A stretch of DNA of 64,000 nucleotides from assembly GCF_009914755.1 (NCBI RefSeq), contig NC_060938.1; one strand, 5' to 3'. Of the stretch, positions 11,470 through 25,480 are shown in pieces. Both the position numbers and the translations under genes were made by a program. The notes under the pieces are model-generated. The model was not told where the DNA came from, ran no database searches, and saw nothing but the letters and a program-made list of their open reading frames with translations. Every line of letters begins with the position of its first letter. Within the stretch, counting starts at the first letter, position 1. This DNA comes from the human T2T-CHM13v2.0 reference genome, Homo sapiens.

Positions 11470-14400
11470 TTGGAATGGAATGGAATGAAACGGAATGGAA
11501 TGGAATCGAATGGAATGGAAAGAAACAGAAAGGAACTGAGTGGAGTGGACAGCGATGAAGTGGAGTTAAGTGGAGTGGTTCAGAGTGGAGTGGAATGGAA
11601 TGGAATGGAATGTAAAGGAACGGAATGGAAAGAAACAACAGAACTAAGTGGAGTGGAGTGGAATGCAGTGGAGTTGAGTGGAGTGGTTCAGAGTGGAGTG
11701 GAATGGAATGGAATGGAATGGATTGCAATGGAATGGAGTGGAGTGGAATGGAATGGAGTGGAGTGGTGTGGGGTAGAGTGGAAAGGGATGGAATGGAATG
11801 GAATGGAGTGTAGTGGAGTAGAATGGATTGTAGTGGAGTGGTGTGTAATGGTTTGGAGTGGAATGGAATGAAGTGTAGTGTAGTGGAGTGGAGTGTAATG
11901 GAGTGGAATGGATTGGAATGGAATGGAAATGAATGGAGTGGACTGGAATGTAATGGAGCAGAATGGAATTGAATGGAGTGTACTGGAGTGGAGTCGAGTG
12001 GACTGTAATGGAATGGAAATGAGAGAAATGTAGTGGAGTGGTATGGATTGTAGTGGAATAGAAAGGAGTGGAATGGAATGGAATGGAACGGAATGCAACG
12101 GAATTGAATGGAATGGAGTGGAGTGGAATGGATTAGAGTGGAGCTGAGTGGAGTGGATTGTAGTGCAGTGGAATGGAATGGAATGGAAAAGAGTGGTGTG
12201 GGATACAGTGGAGTGGAATGGAGTGGAGTAGAGTGGAGTGGAATGAATTGGAATGGAATGGAGTGGAGTGGAGTGGAATGGAATGGAATGGAACGGTATG
12301 GAATGGAATGGAACGCAACGGTGTGGAAAGGAATGGAATGGAGTGGAGTGGAGTGCAGTGAAGTGGAGTGCAGGGGAGTGGAATGGAGTGGAAAGGAGTG
12401 GAATGGAATGGAGTGGAGTGGAATGGAAAGAAATGGAATGTAACGGAATATAATGGAACGGAATGGATTGGAACGGAATGGAACAGAGAGGAGTGGAGAA
12501 GAGTGGAGTTGAGTGGAGTGGATAGGAGTGCAGTGGAATGGAAGGGAAAGGAATGGAATGGAATGGAATGGAATGGAATGGAATGTAGTGCAGTGCAGTT
12601 GAATTGAGTGGATTGGAGTGCAGTGGAATGGAATGGAGTGGAGTCTAGTGGATTGGAGTGGAATGGAATGGAGTGGAGTGTGGTGGAATGGAATGGAACA
12701 GAATGGAAAGGAATGGAAAGGAATTGAATGGTGAAACGAAATGTCAGCTAAGATTATGCCACTGAACTCCTATATGGGTGACAGAGTGAGATGCAGTCAA
12801 AATAAAGGAATGGAATGGAATGGAGTAGAATGGAATTGAATGTAATGGAGTGGAATGGAATGGAGTGGAATGGAGTGGATTGGATTGGAAAGGAGTGGAG
12901 TGTACTGGAGTGGAATGGAATGGAGTGGAATGGAGAGGAATGGAATGGAGTGGAATGGAATAGAGTGGAATGGAGTGTATTGGAGTGGAGTGTAATCGAG
13001 TGGAGTGGAATGGAGTGGAATGGAATGAAATGGACTGCAATGGAATGCAGTGGAATGGAATGGAATTGAATGGAGTGGAATGCAATGGAATGGAAAGGAG
13101 TGGAGTGGAGTGGAAAGGAATGGAGGGGAATGGAATGGAGTGGAATGGAATGGAATGGAGTGGAATGGAACGGAGTGGCGTGGAGTAGAGTGGCGTGGAA
13201 TGGAGTGGAATTGAGTGAAATGGAGTGGAGTGAAGTGGAATGGAGTGGAGTAGAATGGAGTGGAGTGGAGTGGAATGGAGTGGGGTGAAATGGAATGCAA
13301 TGGAGTGGAATGGAGTGGAATGAATTGGAATGGAATGGAATGGAATGAAGTGGAATTGAATGGAGTGGAATGGAATTTAGTGGAGTGTAGCAATGTGGAG
13401 TGCAGTGTAGAGGAGTGGAGTGAAGTGGAGTGGAATGGAGAGCAATGGAGTGAAACGGATTGGAATTGATTGGAGTGCATGAGAATGGAATGAAGTGGAA
13501 TATAACAGAATGGAACAGAAAGTAACGGAATGGAAAGGAGTGTAGTGGAGTGTAGTGGAGGTGAGTAGAGTGGTTCGGAGTGCAATCAAATGGAATGGAA
13601 TAGAATGGAAAGGATTTTAGTGGAGTGGAGTGGAGTGAAATGGAATGAAGGGGAGTGGAATGGAATTAAATTTAACAGAATTCAATGGAATATAACGAAA
13701 TGGATAGGATCAGAACGGAACAGAGCGGAGTGGAGTTGAGTGGAGTGGATCGGAGTGCAGTGGAAAGGAATGGAATAGAATGGAATGGAATGCAGTGGAG
13801 TGGAATGGAATGAAGTGGAATGGAGTTGAGTGGAGTGGATAGGAGTGCAGTGGAAAGGAATGGAAGAGAATGGAATGGAATGGAATGCAGTGGACTGGAA
13901 TGGAATGGAGTGGAGTGGAGTGCAGTGGAATCGAGTGGAGTGGAGTGGAATGGAGTAGAATGGAATGGAGTGGAGTGTAGTGGAATGGAATGGAATGGTG
14001 AAATGAAATGTCAGCTAAGATTGTGCAACTGCATTACAGTCTGGGTGACAAAATGAGATCCAGTCGAAGTAAAGGAATGGAATGGAATAGAGTAAAATGG
14101 AATGGAATGGTGTGGAGTGGAATGGAATGGAGAGGAATGGAGTGGAGTGGAGTGGAGTGGAATGGAGTGGAGTGGAATGCAGAGTGATGGAGAGGAATGG
14201 AATGGAATGGAATGGAATGGAATGGAATGGAATGGAATGGAATGGAATGGAGTGGAATGGAATGGAATGGAGTGGAATGGAATGGACTGTAGAGGAGTGG
14301 AGTGGATTGGATTGGAGTGGAGTGGAATGGAGTGGAATAGAGTGAAATTTAGTGGAGTGTAATGGAGTGGAGTGGAGTGCAGTTGAGTGGCATGGATCAG

Positions 14401-17400
14401 TGTGCAGTGGAATGGAATGGAATGGAGTGGAATGGAGTGGAGTGGAATCGAATGGAATGGCATGGAGTGGAGTGGAATGGAGTGGATTGGAATTGAATGC
14501 AGTGGAATGGAATGCAATGGAGTGGAGTGGAGTGCAGTGGAGTGGAGTGGAGTGGAATGGAATGGAGTGGAGTAAAATGGTTTGGAATGGAGTGGGGTGG
14601 AATGGAGTGGGTTGGAATGGAGTGGAGTGGAGTAGAACGGAGTGGATTGGGGTGGAATGGAATAGAGTGGAATGGAATGGAGTGGAGTGGAGTAGAACGG
14701 AGTGGATTGGAGTGGAATGGAATACAGTAGAGTGGAATGCAGTGGAGTGGAATGGAATGGAGTGGAGTGGCATGGAAAGGAATGGAGAGGAATGGAATGG
14801 AATGGAATGGAATGGAATGGAATGGAATGGAATGGAACGGTGAAATAAAATGTGAGTTAAGATTGTGCCACTGCATTGCAGTCTGGGGGACAGAGTGAGA
14901 TACAGTCGAAATAAAGGAATGGAAGGGACTGGAGTAGAATGGAATGGAATTGAGTGGAGTGGAATGGAATGAAGTGGAGAGGAATGGAATGGAGTGGAAT
15001 GCAATGGAGGGGAATTCAATGGAGTGAAATGGAATGGAATATAAGGGAAAAAAGAGGATTGAAATGGAATAGAGCGAAGTGGAATGTAATGGAGTGGAGT
15101 GGAGTGGAATGGAGTGGAATGGAGTGGAAATTAATGGAGTGGAGTGCAATGGAGTGCACTGGAGTTGTACGGAATGGAGTGGAGTGGAATGGAATGGAGT
15201 GGAGTGGAGTGGAGCGTAGGGTAGTGGAGTGGAGTGGAATGGAAAGGAATGGAGTGTTGTGGAATGGGGTGTAGTGGACTTTAGAGGAATGGAATGGTGA
15301 AATGAAATGTGAGTTAAGATTGTGACATTGCACTCCATTCTGGGTGACAGAGTGAGATCCAGTCGAAATAAAGGAATGGAACGGAATGGAGAAAAATGGA
15401 ATGGAATGGAGTGGAGAGGAATGGAATGGAGTGGAATGGAGTGGTGTGGAGTGGAATGCAGTGGAGTGGAATGGAGTAGAGCAGAATGGAGTGGAGTGGA
15501 ATGGAATGATATGGAATGGAATGGAGTGGAATGGAGTGAAGTGGAGTGAAATGCAGTTTAGTGTAATGGAGTGGAGTAGAATGGAGTGGAATGGAGTGGA
15601 ATGGAATGGAATGGAAAAGAGCGGAATGGATAGGAGTGGAATGGAGTGGAGTGTATTGGAATGGAGTGGAATGGAACAGAAAGGGATGGAACGGAAAGGA
15701 ACAAAATGGAACAGAGTGAAACTGAGTGGAGTGGAATAGCGTGCAGTGGATTGGAGTGCAGTGAAATGGAATGGAATGGAATGGATAGGAGTGTAGTGGA
15801 GTATAGTGGAGTGGAATGGAGTGGAAAGAAATGGAGTGGAGTTGAGTAGAATGGAATGGAATGGAAAGAATGGGAACGGAGTGGAGTGCAGTGGAGTGTA
15901 GGGGAGTGGACTTGAGCAGAGTGGATCAGAGTGCAGTGGAATGAAATGCAACGCAATGGAATGGAATGGAATGGAATGGTGAAATAAAATGTGAGCAAAG
16001 ATTGAGCCACTGCACTCCAGTCTGGGTGACAGAGTGAGTTCCAGTCGAAATAAAAGAATGGAACGGAATGGAGGAGAATGGAATGGAATGGAGTGGAGTT
16101 GAATGGAATGGAGTGAAATGGAGTGTAGTGGAGTGGAATGGAGTGTTGTGGAAAGGAGTGGAGTGGAATGGAGTGGAATGGAATGGAATGGAATAGAGAG
16201 GAATGGAATGGAATAGAATGGAATGGAGTGGAGTGGAACCCAGTACGGTGCAAAGGAGGGGAACGGAGTGAAATGGAATGGAATGGAATGGAGTGGAATC
16301 GAATGCAATGGAGTGGAATGGAATGCAATGGAGTGGAGTGGAGTAGAATGGAGTGAAATGGAATGGAATGGAATGCAGTGGAATTGAATGCAGAGGAATG
16401 GAGTGGAGTGGAGTGGAATGGAGTGGAGTGGAGAGGAATGGAATGCTGTGGAGTGGAGTGCAGTGGAATGGGGTGGATTGGAATTTAATGGAGTGGAATG
16501 GAGTGAAATGGAGTGGAGTGGAATGGAATGGAATGGAGTAAAGTTGAATGGAACAGAGTGAAGTGGAGGGGAGTGGAGTGGAGTGGAATGGAGGGGAGTG
16601 GAGTGGAGTGGAGTGGAATGGAGTGGAGTGGAATGGAGTGGGGTGGAATGGAGTGGAGTGGAATGGAATGGAATGGAATGGAATGGAATGGAATAGTGAA
16701 ATGAAATGTGAGCTAAGATTCTGCAACTGCACTACAGTCTGGGTGACAAAGTTTGATCCAGTCAAAATAAAGGAATGGAAAGGTATGGAGTAAAATGAAA
16801 TGGAATGGGTTGGAGTGAAATGGAATGGAGTGGAATGGAGTGGAGTGGAGTGGAATGGAGTGAAATGGAGTGGAGTGGAATGGAGTGGAGTGGAGTTTAA
16901 TGGAATGGAATGCAGTGGAAAGGGAGGGAATGGAGTGGAGTGTAATGGAGTGGAATGCAGTGGAGTGCAATGGAATGGAGTGGAATGTTGTGAAATGGAG
17001 TGGAGTGGAATTGAATGGATTGGAATGGAATGGAACAGAATGGAAGAGAATGGAAAGGAGTGGGGTGGAGTGGAGTGGAGTTCATTGGAGTGGATCGGAG
17101 TGCACTTGAATTGAATGGAATGAAATGGACTGGAATGGAGTGTAGTGAGTGGAGAGGAGTTTGGTGGAATTGAGTGGAATTGACTGGAGTTGTGAGGAGT
17201 TGTGTGGAGTGGAGTGGAATGGAGTGGAATGGAAGGGAGTGGAGTGGAATGGAATGGAATGGAACGGTATGGAATTGAATGGAAGAGAATGGAGTGGAAC
17301 AGAAGAGAATGGGGTGGAGTGGAGTGGAGTTGAGAGGAGTGGGTCACAGTGCAGTGGAATGGAATGGAATTTGATGGATTGGAATGGAATGTAGTGGAGA

Positions 17401-18900
17401 GGAATGGAATGGAATAGAATGGAGTGGAGTGGAATGAAATGGAGTGGAGTGGAGTGGAGTGTAGGGGAGTGGAACGGAGTGGTGTGGAATGGAGGGGAAT
17501 GGAGGGGAATGGAATGGAATGGAGTGGACTGGAAAGGAATGGATTGGAATGGAATGGAGTAAAGTGTATTGGAGAGGAGTCGAGTAAAATGGAGTGGAAT
17601 GGAGGGAAATGGAGTGGAGTGATATGGAGGGGAGAGGAATGGAATGGAGTGGAATGGAATGAAACAGAATGGAACGGAATGGAACGGAGTGGAGTGGAGT
17701 GGAATGGAGGGGAGTTGAGTGGAGTGAAACCGAGTGCAGTGGAATAGAATGGAATGGAAAGGAATGGAGTGGAGTGAAGTAGAGTGCAGTGGAGTGGTGG
17801 GGATTTGAGTGCAATGGTGTGAAATGGAATGGAGTGGAGTGGAGTGGAATGAAATGGAATGTAACGGAATGGAATGGAATGAAATGAAATGAAATGGAAT
17901 GGAAAAGAATGGAACGGAGTGGAGTGGAGTGGAGAGGAGTTGAGTGGAGTGGATCGGAGTGCAGTGGAATGGAATGGAATGCAACTGGATGGAAAGGAAT
18001 GGGGTGGAGTGGAATGGAATGGAAGGGAGTAGAGTGGTATAGAATGGAATGGAGTGAAGTGGAATGGAATGGAGTGGAGTAGAATGGAATGCAGTGGAAT
18101 GGAATGGAATGGAAGGGAATGGTGAAATGAAATGTGAGCTAAAATTGTGCCACTGCACTCCTTTCTCGGTGACAGAGGGAGATTCATTTGAAATAAAGGG
18201 CTGGAATGCAATGGAGTAGAATCGGAAGGAAAGGAGTGGAGTGGAATGGCATGGAGTGGAATGAAGTGGAGTGGAGTGGAATGGAGTGGAGTGGAATGGA
18301 GAGGAGTGGAATGGAGAGCAATGGAGTGGAATGGAATGGAATGGAGTGGAATGGAATGGAATGGAATGGAGTGGAATGGAATGGAGTGGAATGGAGTGGA
18401 GTGGAGATGAGTGGAGTAGAATGGAGTGGAGTGCAATGGAGGGGTACGGAGAGCAATGGAATGGAATGTAATGGAGTGAAATGGAATGGAATGGAGTGGA
18501 ATGAAATTGAGTGGAGCAGAGTGGAGTGGAGTGGAGTGAAGTGGATTGGAGTGGAATGGAGTGGAATGGACTGTAATGGAATGGAGAGAATTGGAATGAA
18601 ATGGAACGGAATGGAATTGAATGTAACGGAATGGAAAGAAACAGAAAGGAACTGAGTGGAGTGGACTGGAATGCAGTGGAGTTGAGTGGAGTGGTTCATA
18701 GTGGAGTGCAGTGGAATGGAATGGAATGGAATGGATTGGAATGGAATGGAGTGTAGTGGAGTGGTGTGGAGTAGAGTGGAATGGAATGGAATGGAGTGTA
18801 GTGGAGTGGAATGGTGTGGAGTGGAGTGGAGTGGAATGGTGTGGAGTGGAATAGAATGGAGTGTAGTGGAGTGATGTGGACTGCAATGGAATGAAGGGGA
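11470..18900 (+). repeat. Full higher-order unit U3 (~7.43 kb; 7 cassettes)
   Basis: Cassette types 1-7 occur in the same order as in U1, at ~12730, 13997, 14839, 15296, 15978, 16694 and 18121. Confidence 0.9.
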
Positions 18901-21900
18901 TTGGAATGGAATGGAATGAAACGGAATGGAATGGAATCGAATGGAATGGAAAGAAACAGAAAGGAACTGAGTGGAGTGGACAGCAATGAAGTGGAGTTAA
19001 GTGGAGTGGTTCAGAGTGGAGTGGAATGGAATGGAATGGAATGTAAAGGAACGGAATGGAAAGAAACAACAGAACTAAGTGGAGTGGAGTGGAATGCAGT
19101 GGAGTTGAGTGGAGTGGTTCAGAGTGGAGTGGAATGGAATGGAATGGAATGGATTGCAATGGAATGGAGTGGAGTGGAATGGAATGGAGTGGAGTGGTGT
19201 GGGGTAGAGTGGAAAGGGATGGAATGGAATGGAATGGAGTGTAGTGGAGTAGAATGGATTGTAGTGGAGTGGTGTGTAATGGTTTGGAGTGGAATGGAAT
19301 GAAGTGTAGTGTAGTGGAGTGGTGTGTAATGGAGTGGAATGGATTGGAATGGAATGGAAATGAATGGAGTGGACTGGAATGTAATGGAGCAGAATGGAAT
19401 TGAATGGAGTGTACTGGAGTGGAGTCGAGTGGACTGTAATGGAATGGAAATGAGAGAAATGTAGTGGAGTGGTATGGATTGTAGTGGAATAGAAAGGAGT
19501 GGAATGGAATGGAATGGAACGGAATGCAACGGAATTGAATGGAATGGAGTGGAGTGGAATGGATTAGAGTGGAGCTGAGTGGAGTGGATTGTAGTGCAGT
19601 GGAATGGAATGGAATGGAAAAGAGTGGTGTGGGATACAGTGGAGTGGAATGGAGTGGAGTAGAGTGGAGTGGAATGAATTGGAATGGAATGGAGTGGAGT
19701 GGAGTGGAATGGAATGGAATGGAACGGTATGGAATGGAATGGAACGCAACAGTGTGGAAAGGAATGGAATGGAGTGGAGTGGAGTGCAGTGAAGTGGAGT
19801 GCAGGGGAGTGGAATGGAGTGGAAAGGAGTGGAATGGAATGGAGTGGAGTGGAATGGAAAGAAATGGAATGTAACGGAATATAATGGAACGGAATGGATT
19901 GGAACGGAATGGAACAGAGAGGAGTGGAGAAGAGTGGAGTTGAGTGGAGTGGATAGGAGTGCAGTGGAATGGAAGGGAAAGTAATGGAATGGAATGGAAT
20001 GGAATGGAATGGAATGGAATGGAATGGAATGTAGTGCAGTGCAGTTGAATTGAGTGGATTGGAGTGCAGTGGAATGGAATGGAGTGGAGTGGAGTGGAGT
20101 GGAATCGAATGGAATGGCATGGAGTGGAGTGGAATGGAGTGGATTGGAATTGAATGCAGTGGAATGGAATGCAATGGAGTGGAGTGGAGTGCAGTGGAGT
20201 GGAGTGGAGTGGAATGGAATGGAGTGGAGTAAAATGGTTTGGAATGGAGTGGGGTGGAATGGAGTGGGTTGGAATGGAGTGGAGTGGAGTAGAACGGAGT
20301 GGATTGGGGTGGAATGGAATAGAATGGAATGGAATGGAGTGGAGTGGAGTAGAACGGAGTGGATTGGAGTGGAATGGAATACAGTAGAGTGGAATGCAGT
20401 GGAGTGGAATGGAATGGAGTGGAGTGGCATGGAAAGGAATGGAGAGGAATGGAATGGAATGGAATGGAATGGAATGGAATGGAATGGAATGGAATGGAAT
20501 GGAATGGAACGGTGAAATAAAATGTGAGTTAAGATTGTGCCACTGCATTGCAGTCTGGGGGACAGAGTGAGATACAGTCGAAGTAAAGTAATGGAAGGGA
20601 CTGGAGTAGAATGGAATTGAATTGAGTGGAGTGGAATGGAATGAAGTGGAGAGGAATGGAATGGAGTGGAATGCAATGGAGGGGAATTCAATGGAGTGAA
20701 ATGGAATGGAATATAAGGGAAAAAAGAGGATTGAAATGGAATAGAGCGAAGTGGAATGTAATGGAGTGGAGTGGAGTGGAATGGAGTGGAATGGAGTGGA
20801 AATTAATGGAGTGGAGTGCAATGGAGTGCACTGGAGTTGTACAGAATGGAGTGGAGTGGAATGGAATGGAGTGGAGTGGAGTGGAGCGTAGGGTAGTGGA
20901 GTGGAGTGGAATGGAAAGGAATGGAGTGTTGTGGAATGGGGTGTAGTGGACTTTAGAGGAATGGAATGGTGAAATGAAATGTGAGTTAAGATTGTGACAT
21001 TGCACTCCATTCTGGGTGACAGAGTGAGATCCAGTCGAAATAAAGGAATGGAACGGAATGGAGAAAAATGGAATGGAATGGAGTGGAGAGGAATGGAATG
21101 GAGTGGAATGGAGTGGTGTGGAGTGGAATGCAGTGGAGTGGAATGGAGTAGAGCAGAATGGAGTGGAGTGGAATGGAATGATATGGAATGGAATGGAGTG
21201 GAATGGAGTGAAGTGGAGTGAAATGCAGTTTAGTGTAATGGAGTGGAGTAGAATGGAGTGGAATGGAGTGGAATGGAATGGAATGGAAAAGAGCGGAATG
21301 GATAGGAGTGGAATGGAGTGGAGTGTATTGGAATGGAGTGGAATGGAACAGAAAGGGATGGAACGGAAAGGAACAAAATGGAACAGAGTGAAACTGAGTG
21401 GAGTGGAATAGCGTGCAGTGGATTGGAGTGCAGTGAAATGGAATGGAATGGAATGGATAGGAGTGTAGTGGAGTATAGTGGAGTGGAATGGAGTGGAAAG
21501 AAATGGAGTGGAGTTGAGTGGAATGGAATGGAATGGAAAGAATGGGAACGGAGTGGAGTGCAGTGGAGTGTAGGGGAGTGGACTTGAGCAGAGTGGATCA
21601 GAGTGCAGTGGAATGAAATGCAACGCAATGGAATGGAATGGAATGGAATGGTGAAATAAAATGTGAGCAAAGATTGAGCCACTGCACTCCAGTCTGGGTG
21701 ACAGAGTGAGTTCCAGTCGAAATAAAAGAATGGAACGGAATGGAGGAGAATGGAATGGAATGGAGTGGAGTTGAATGGAATGGAGTGAAATGGAGTGTAG
21801 TGGAGTGGAATGGAGTGTTGTGGAAAGGAGTGGAGTGGAATGGAGTGGAATGGAATGGAATGGAATAGAGAGGAATGGAATGGAATAGAATGGAATGGAG

Positions 21901-24617
21901 TGGAGTGGAACCCAGTACGGTGCAAAGGAGGGGAACGGAGTGAAATGGAATGGAATGGAATGGAGTGGAATCGAATGGAATGGAGTGGAATGGAATGCAA
22001 TGGAGTGGAGTGGAGTAGAATGGAGTGAAATGGAATGGAATGGAATGCAGTGGAATTGAATGCAGAGGAATGGAGTGGAGTGGAGTGGAATGGAGTGGAG
22101 TGGAGAGGAATGGAATGCTGTGGAGTGGAGTGCAGTGGAATGGGGTGGATTGGAATTTAATGGAGTGGAATGGAGTGAAATGGAGTGGAGTGGAATGGAA
22201 TGGAATGGAGTAAAGTTGAATGGAACAGAGTGAAGTGGAGGGGAGTGGAGTGGAGTGGAGTGGAGTGGAGGGGAGTGGAGTGGAGTGGAGTGGAATGGAG
22301 TGGAGTGGAATGGAGTGGGGTGGAATGGAGTGGAGTGGAATGGAATGGAATGGAATGGAATGGAATGGAATGGAATAGTGAAATGAAATGTGAGCTAAGT
22401 TTCTGCAACTGCACTACAGTCTGGGTGACAAAGTTTGATCCAGTCAAAATAAAGGAATGGAAAGGTATGGAGTAAAATGAAATGGAATGGGTTGGAGTGA
22501 AATGGAATGGAGTGGAATGGAGTGGAGTGGAGTGGAATGGAGTGAAATGGAGTGGAGTGGAATGGAGTGGAGTGGAGTTTAATGGAATGGAATGCAGTGG
22601 AAAGGGAGGGAATGGAGTGGAGTGTAATGGAGTGGAATGCAGTGGAGTGCAATGGAATGGAGTGGAATGTTGTGAAATGGAGTGGAGTGGAATTGAATGG
22701 ATTGGAATGGAATGGAACAGAATGGAAGAGAATGGAAAGGAGTGGGGTGGAGTGGAGTGGAGTTCATTGGAGTGGATCGGAGTGCACTTGAATTGAATGG
22801 AATGAAATGGACTGGAATGGAGTGTAGTGAGTGGAGAGGAGTTTGGTGGAATTGAGTGGAATTGACTGGAGTTGTGAGGAGTTGTGTGGAGTGGAGTGGA
22901 ATGGAGTGGAATGGAAGGGAGTGGAGTGGAATGGAATGGAATGGAACGGTATGGAATTGAATGGAAGAGAATGGAGTGGAACAGAAGAGAATGGGGTGGA
23001 GTGGAGTGGAGTTGAGAGGAGTGGGTCACAGTGCAGTGGAATGGAATGGAATTTGATGGATTGGAATGGAATGTAGTGGAGAGGAATGGAATGGAATAGA
23101 ATGGAGTGGAGTGGAATGAAATGGAGTGGAGTGGAGTGGAGTGTAGGGGAGTGGAACGGAGTGGTGTGGAATGGAGGGGAATGGAGGGGAATGGAATGGA
23201 ATGGAGTGGACTGGAAAGGAATGGATTGGAATGGAATGGAGTAAAGTGTATTGGAGAGGAGTCGAGTAAAATGGAGTGGAATGGAGGGAAATGGAGTGGA
23301 GTGATATGGAGGGGAGAGGAATGGAATGGAGTGGAATGGAATGAAACAGAATGGAACGGAATGGAACGGAGTGGAGTGGAGTGGAATGGAGGGGAGTTGA
23401 GTGGAGTGAAACCGAGTGCAGTGGAATAGAATGGAATGGAAAGGAATGGAGTGGAGTGAAGTAGAGTGCAGTGGAGTGGTGGGGAGTTGAGTGCAATGGT
23501 GTGAAATGGAATGGAGTGGAGTGGAGTGGAATGAAATGGAATGTAACGGAATGGAATGGAATGAAATGAAATGAAATGGAATGGAAAAGAATGGAACGGA
23601 GTGGAGTGGAGTGGAGAGGAGTTGAGTGGAGTGGATCGGAGTGCAGTGGAATGGAATGGAATGCAACTGGATGGAAAGGAATGGGGTGGAGTGGAATGGA
23701 ATGGAAGGGAGTAGAGTGGAATAGAATGGAATGGAGTGAAGTGGAATGGAATGGAGTGGAGTAGAATGGAATGCAGTGGAATGGAATGGAATGGAAGGGA
23801 ATGGTGAAATGAAATGTGAGCTAAAATTGTGCCACTGCACTCCTTTCTCGGTGACAGAGGGAGATTCATTTGAAATAAAGGGCTGGAATGCAATGGAGTA
23901 GAATCGGAAGGAAAGGAGTGGAGTGGAATGGCATGGAGTGGAATGAAGTGGAGTGGAGTGGAATGGAGTGGAGTGGAATGGAGAGGAGTGGAATGGAGAG
24001 CAATGGAGTGGAATGGAATGGAATGGAGTGGAATGGAATGGAATGGAATGGAGTGGAATGGAATGGAATGGAATGGAGTGGAATGGAATGGAGTGGAATG
24101 GAGTGGAGTGGAGATGAGTGGAGTAGAATGGAGTGGAGTGCAATGGAGGGGTACGGAGAGCAATGGAATGGAATGTAATGGAGTGAAATGGAATGGAATG
24201 GAGTGGAATGAAATTGAGTGGAGCAGAGTGGAGTGGAGTGGAGTGAAGTGGATTGGAGTGGAATGGAGTGGAATGGACTGTAATGGAATGGAGAGAATTG
24301 GAATGAAATGGAACGGAATGGAATTGAATGTAACGGAATGGAAAGAAACAAAAAGGAACTGAGTGGAGTGGACTGGAATGCAGTGGAGTTGAGTGGAGTG
24401 GTTCATAGTGGAGTGCAGTGGAATGGAATGGAATGGAATGGATTGGAATGGAATGGAGTGTAGTGGAGTGGTGTGGAGTAGAGTGGAATGGAATGGAATG
24501 GAATGGAATGGAGTGTAGTGGAGTGGAATGGTGTGGAGTGGAGTGGAGTGGAATGGTGTGGAGTGGAGTAGAATGGAGTGTAGTGGAGTGATGTGGACTG
24601 CAATGGAATGAAGGGGA
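18901..24617 (+). repeat. Deleted unit U4 (~5.72 kb; cassettes 3-7 only)
   Basis: At ~20063-20090 the sequence equivalent to U1 ~1790 is joined to the equivalent of U1 ~3560. Cassettes lie at ~20511, 20968, 21650, 22377 and 23803. Confidence 0.85.
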
Positions 24618-25480
24618 TTGGAATGGAATGGAATGAAACGGAATGGAATGGAATCGAATGGAATGGAAAGAAACAGAAAGGAACTGAGTGGAGTGGACAG
24701 CAATGAAGTGGAGTTAAGTGGAGTGGTTCAGAGTGGAGTGGAATGGAATGGAATGGAATGTAAAGGAACAGAATGGAAAGAAACAACAGAACTAATTGGA
24801 GTGGAGTGGAATGCAGTGGAGTTGAGTGGAGTGGTTCAGAGTGGAGTGGAATGGAATGGAATGGATTGCAATGGAATGGAGTGGAGTGGAATGGAATGGA
24901 GTGGAGTGGTGTGGGGTAGAGTGGAAAGGGATGGAATGGAATGGAATGGAGTGTAGTGGAGTAGAATGGATTGTAGTGGAGTGGAGTGTAATGGTTTGGA
25001 GTGGAATGGAATGAAGTGTAGTGTAGTGGAGTGGAGTGTAATGGAGTGGAATGGATTGGAATGGAATGGAAATGAATGGAGTGGTCTGGAATGTAATGGA
25101 GCAGAATGGAATTGAATGGAGTGTACTGGAGTGGAGTCGAGTGGACTGTAATGGAATGGAAATGAGAGAAATGTAGTGGAGTGGTATGGATTGTAGTGGA
25201 ATAGAAAGGAGTGGAATGGAATGGAATGGAACGGAATGCAACAGAATTGAATGGAATGGCGTGGAGTGGAATGGATTAGAGTGGAGCTGAGTGGAGTGGA
25301 TTGTAGTGCAGTGGAATGGAATGGAATGGAAAAGAGTGGTGTGGGATACAGTGGAGTGGAATGGAGTGGAGTAGAGTGGAGTGGAATGAATTGGAATGGA
25401 ATGGAGTGGAGTGGAATGGAGTGGAATGGAACGGTATGGAATGGAATGGAACACAAAGGTATGGAAAGGAATGGAATGGA
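24618..25480 (+). repeat. Partial terminal unit U5
   Basis: Matches the start of U1 with more substitutions; similarity is lost after ~25480. Confidence 0.75.

Noticed and set aside
15926-21010. Very long minus-strand ORFs (1694, 1387, 1009 and 979 aa; HSIPF/HSTPL repeats) and plus-strand MEWNG ORFs
   Set aside because: CATTC/CACTC pentamers contain no stop codon in any frame, so long overlapping ORFs are expected. There is no domain structure or gene context.
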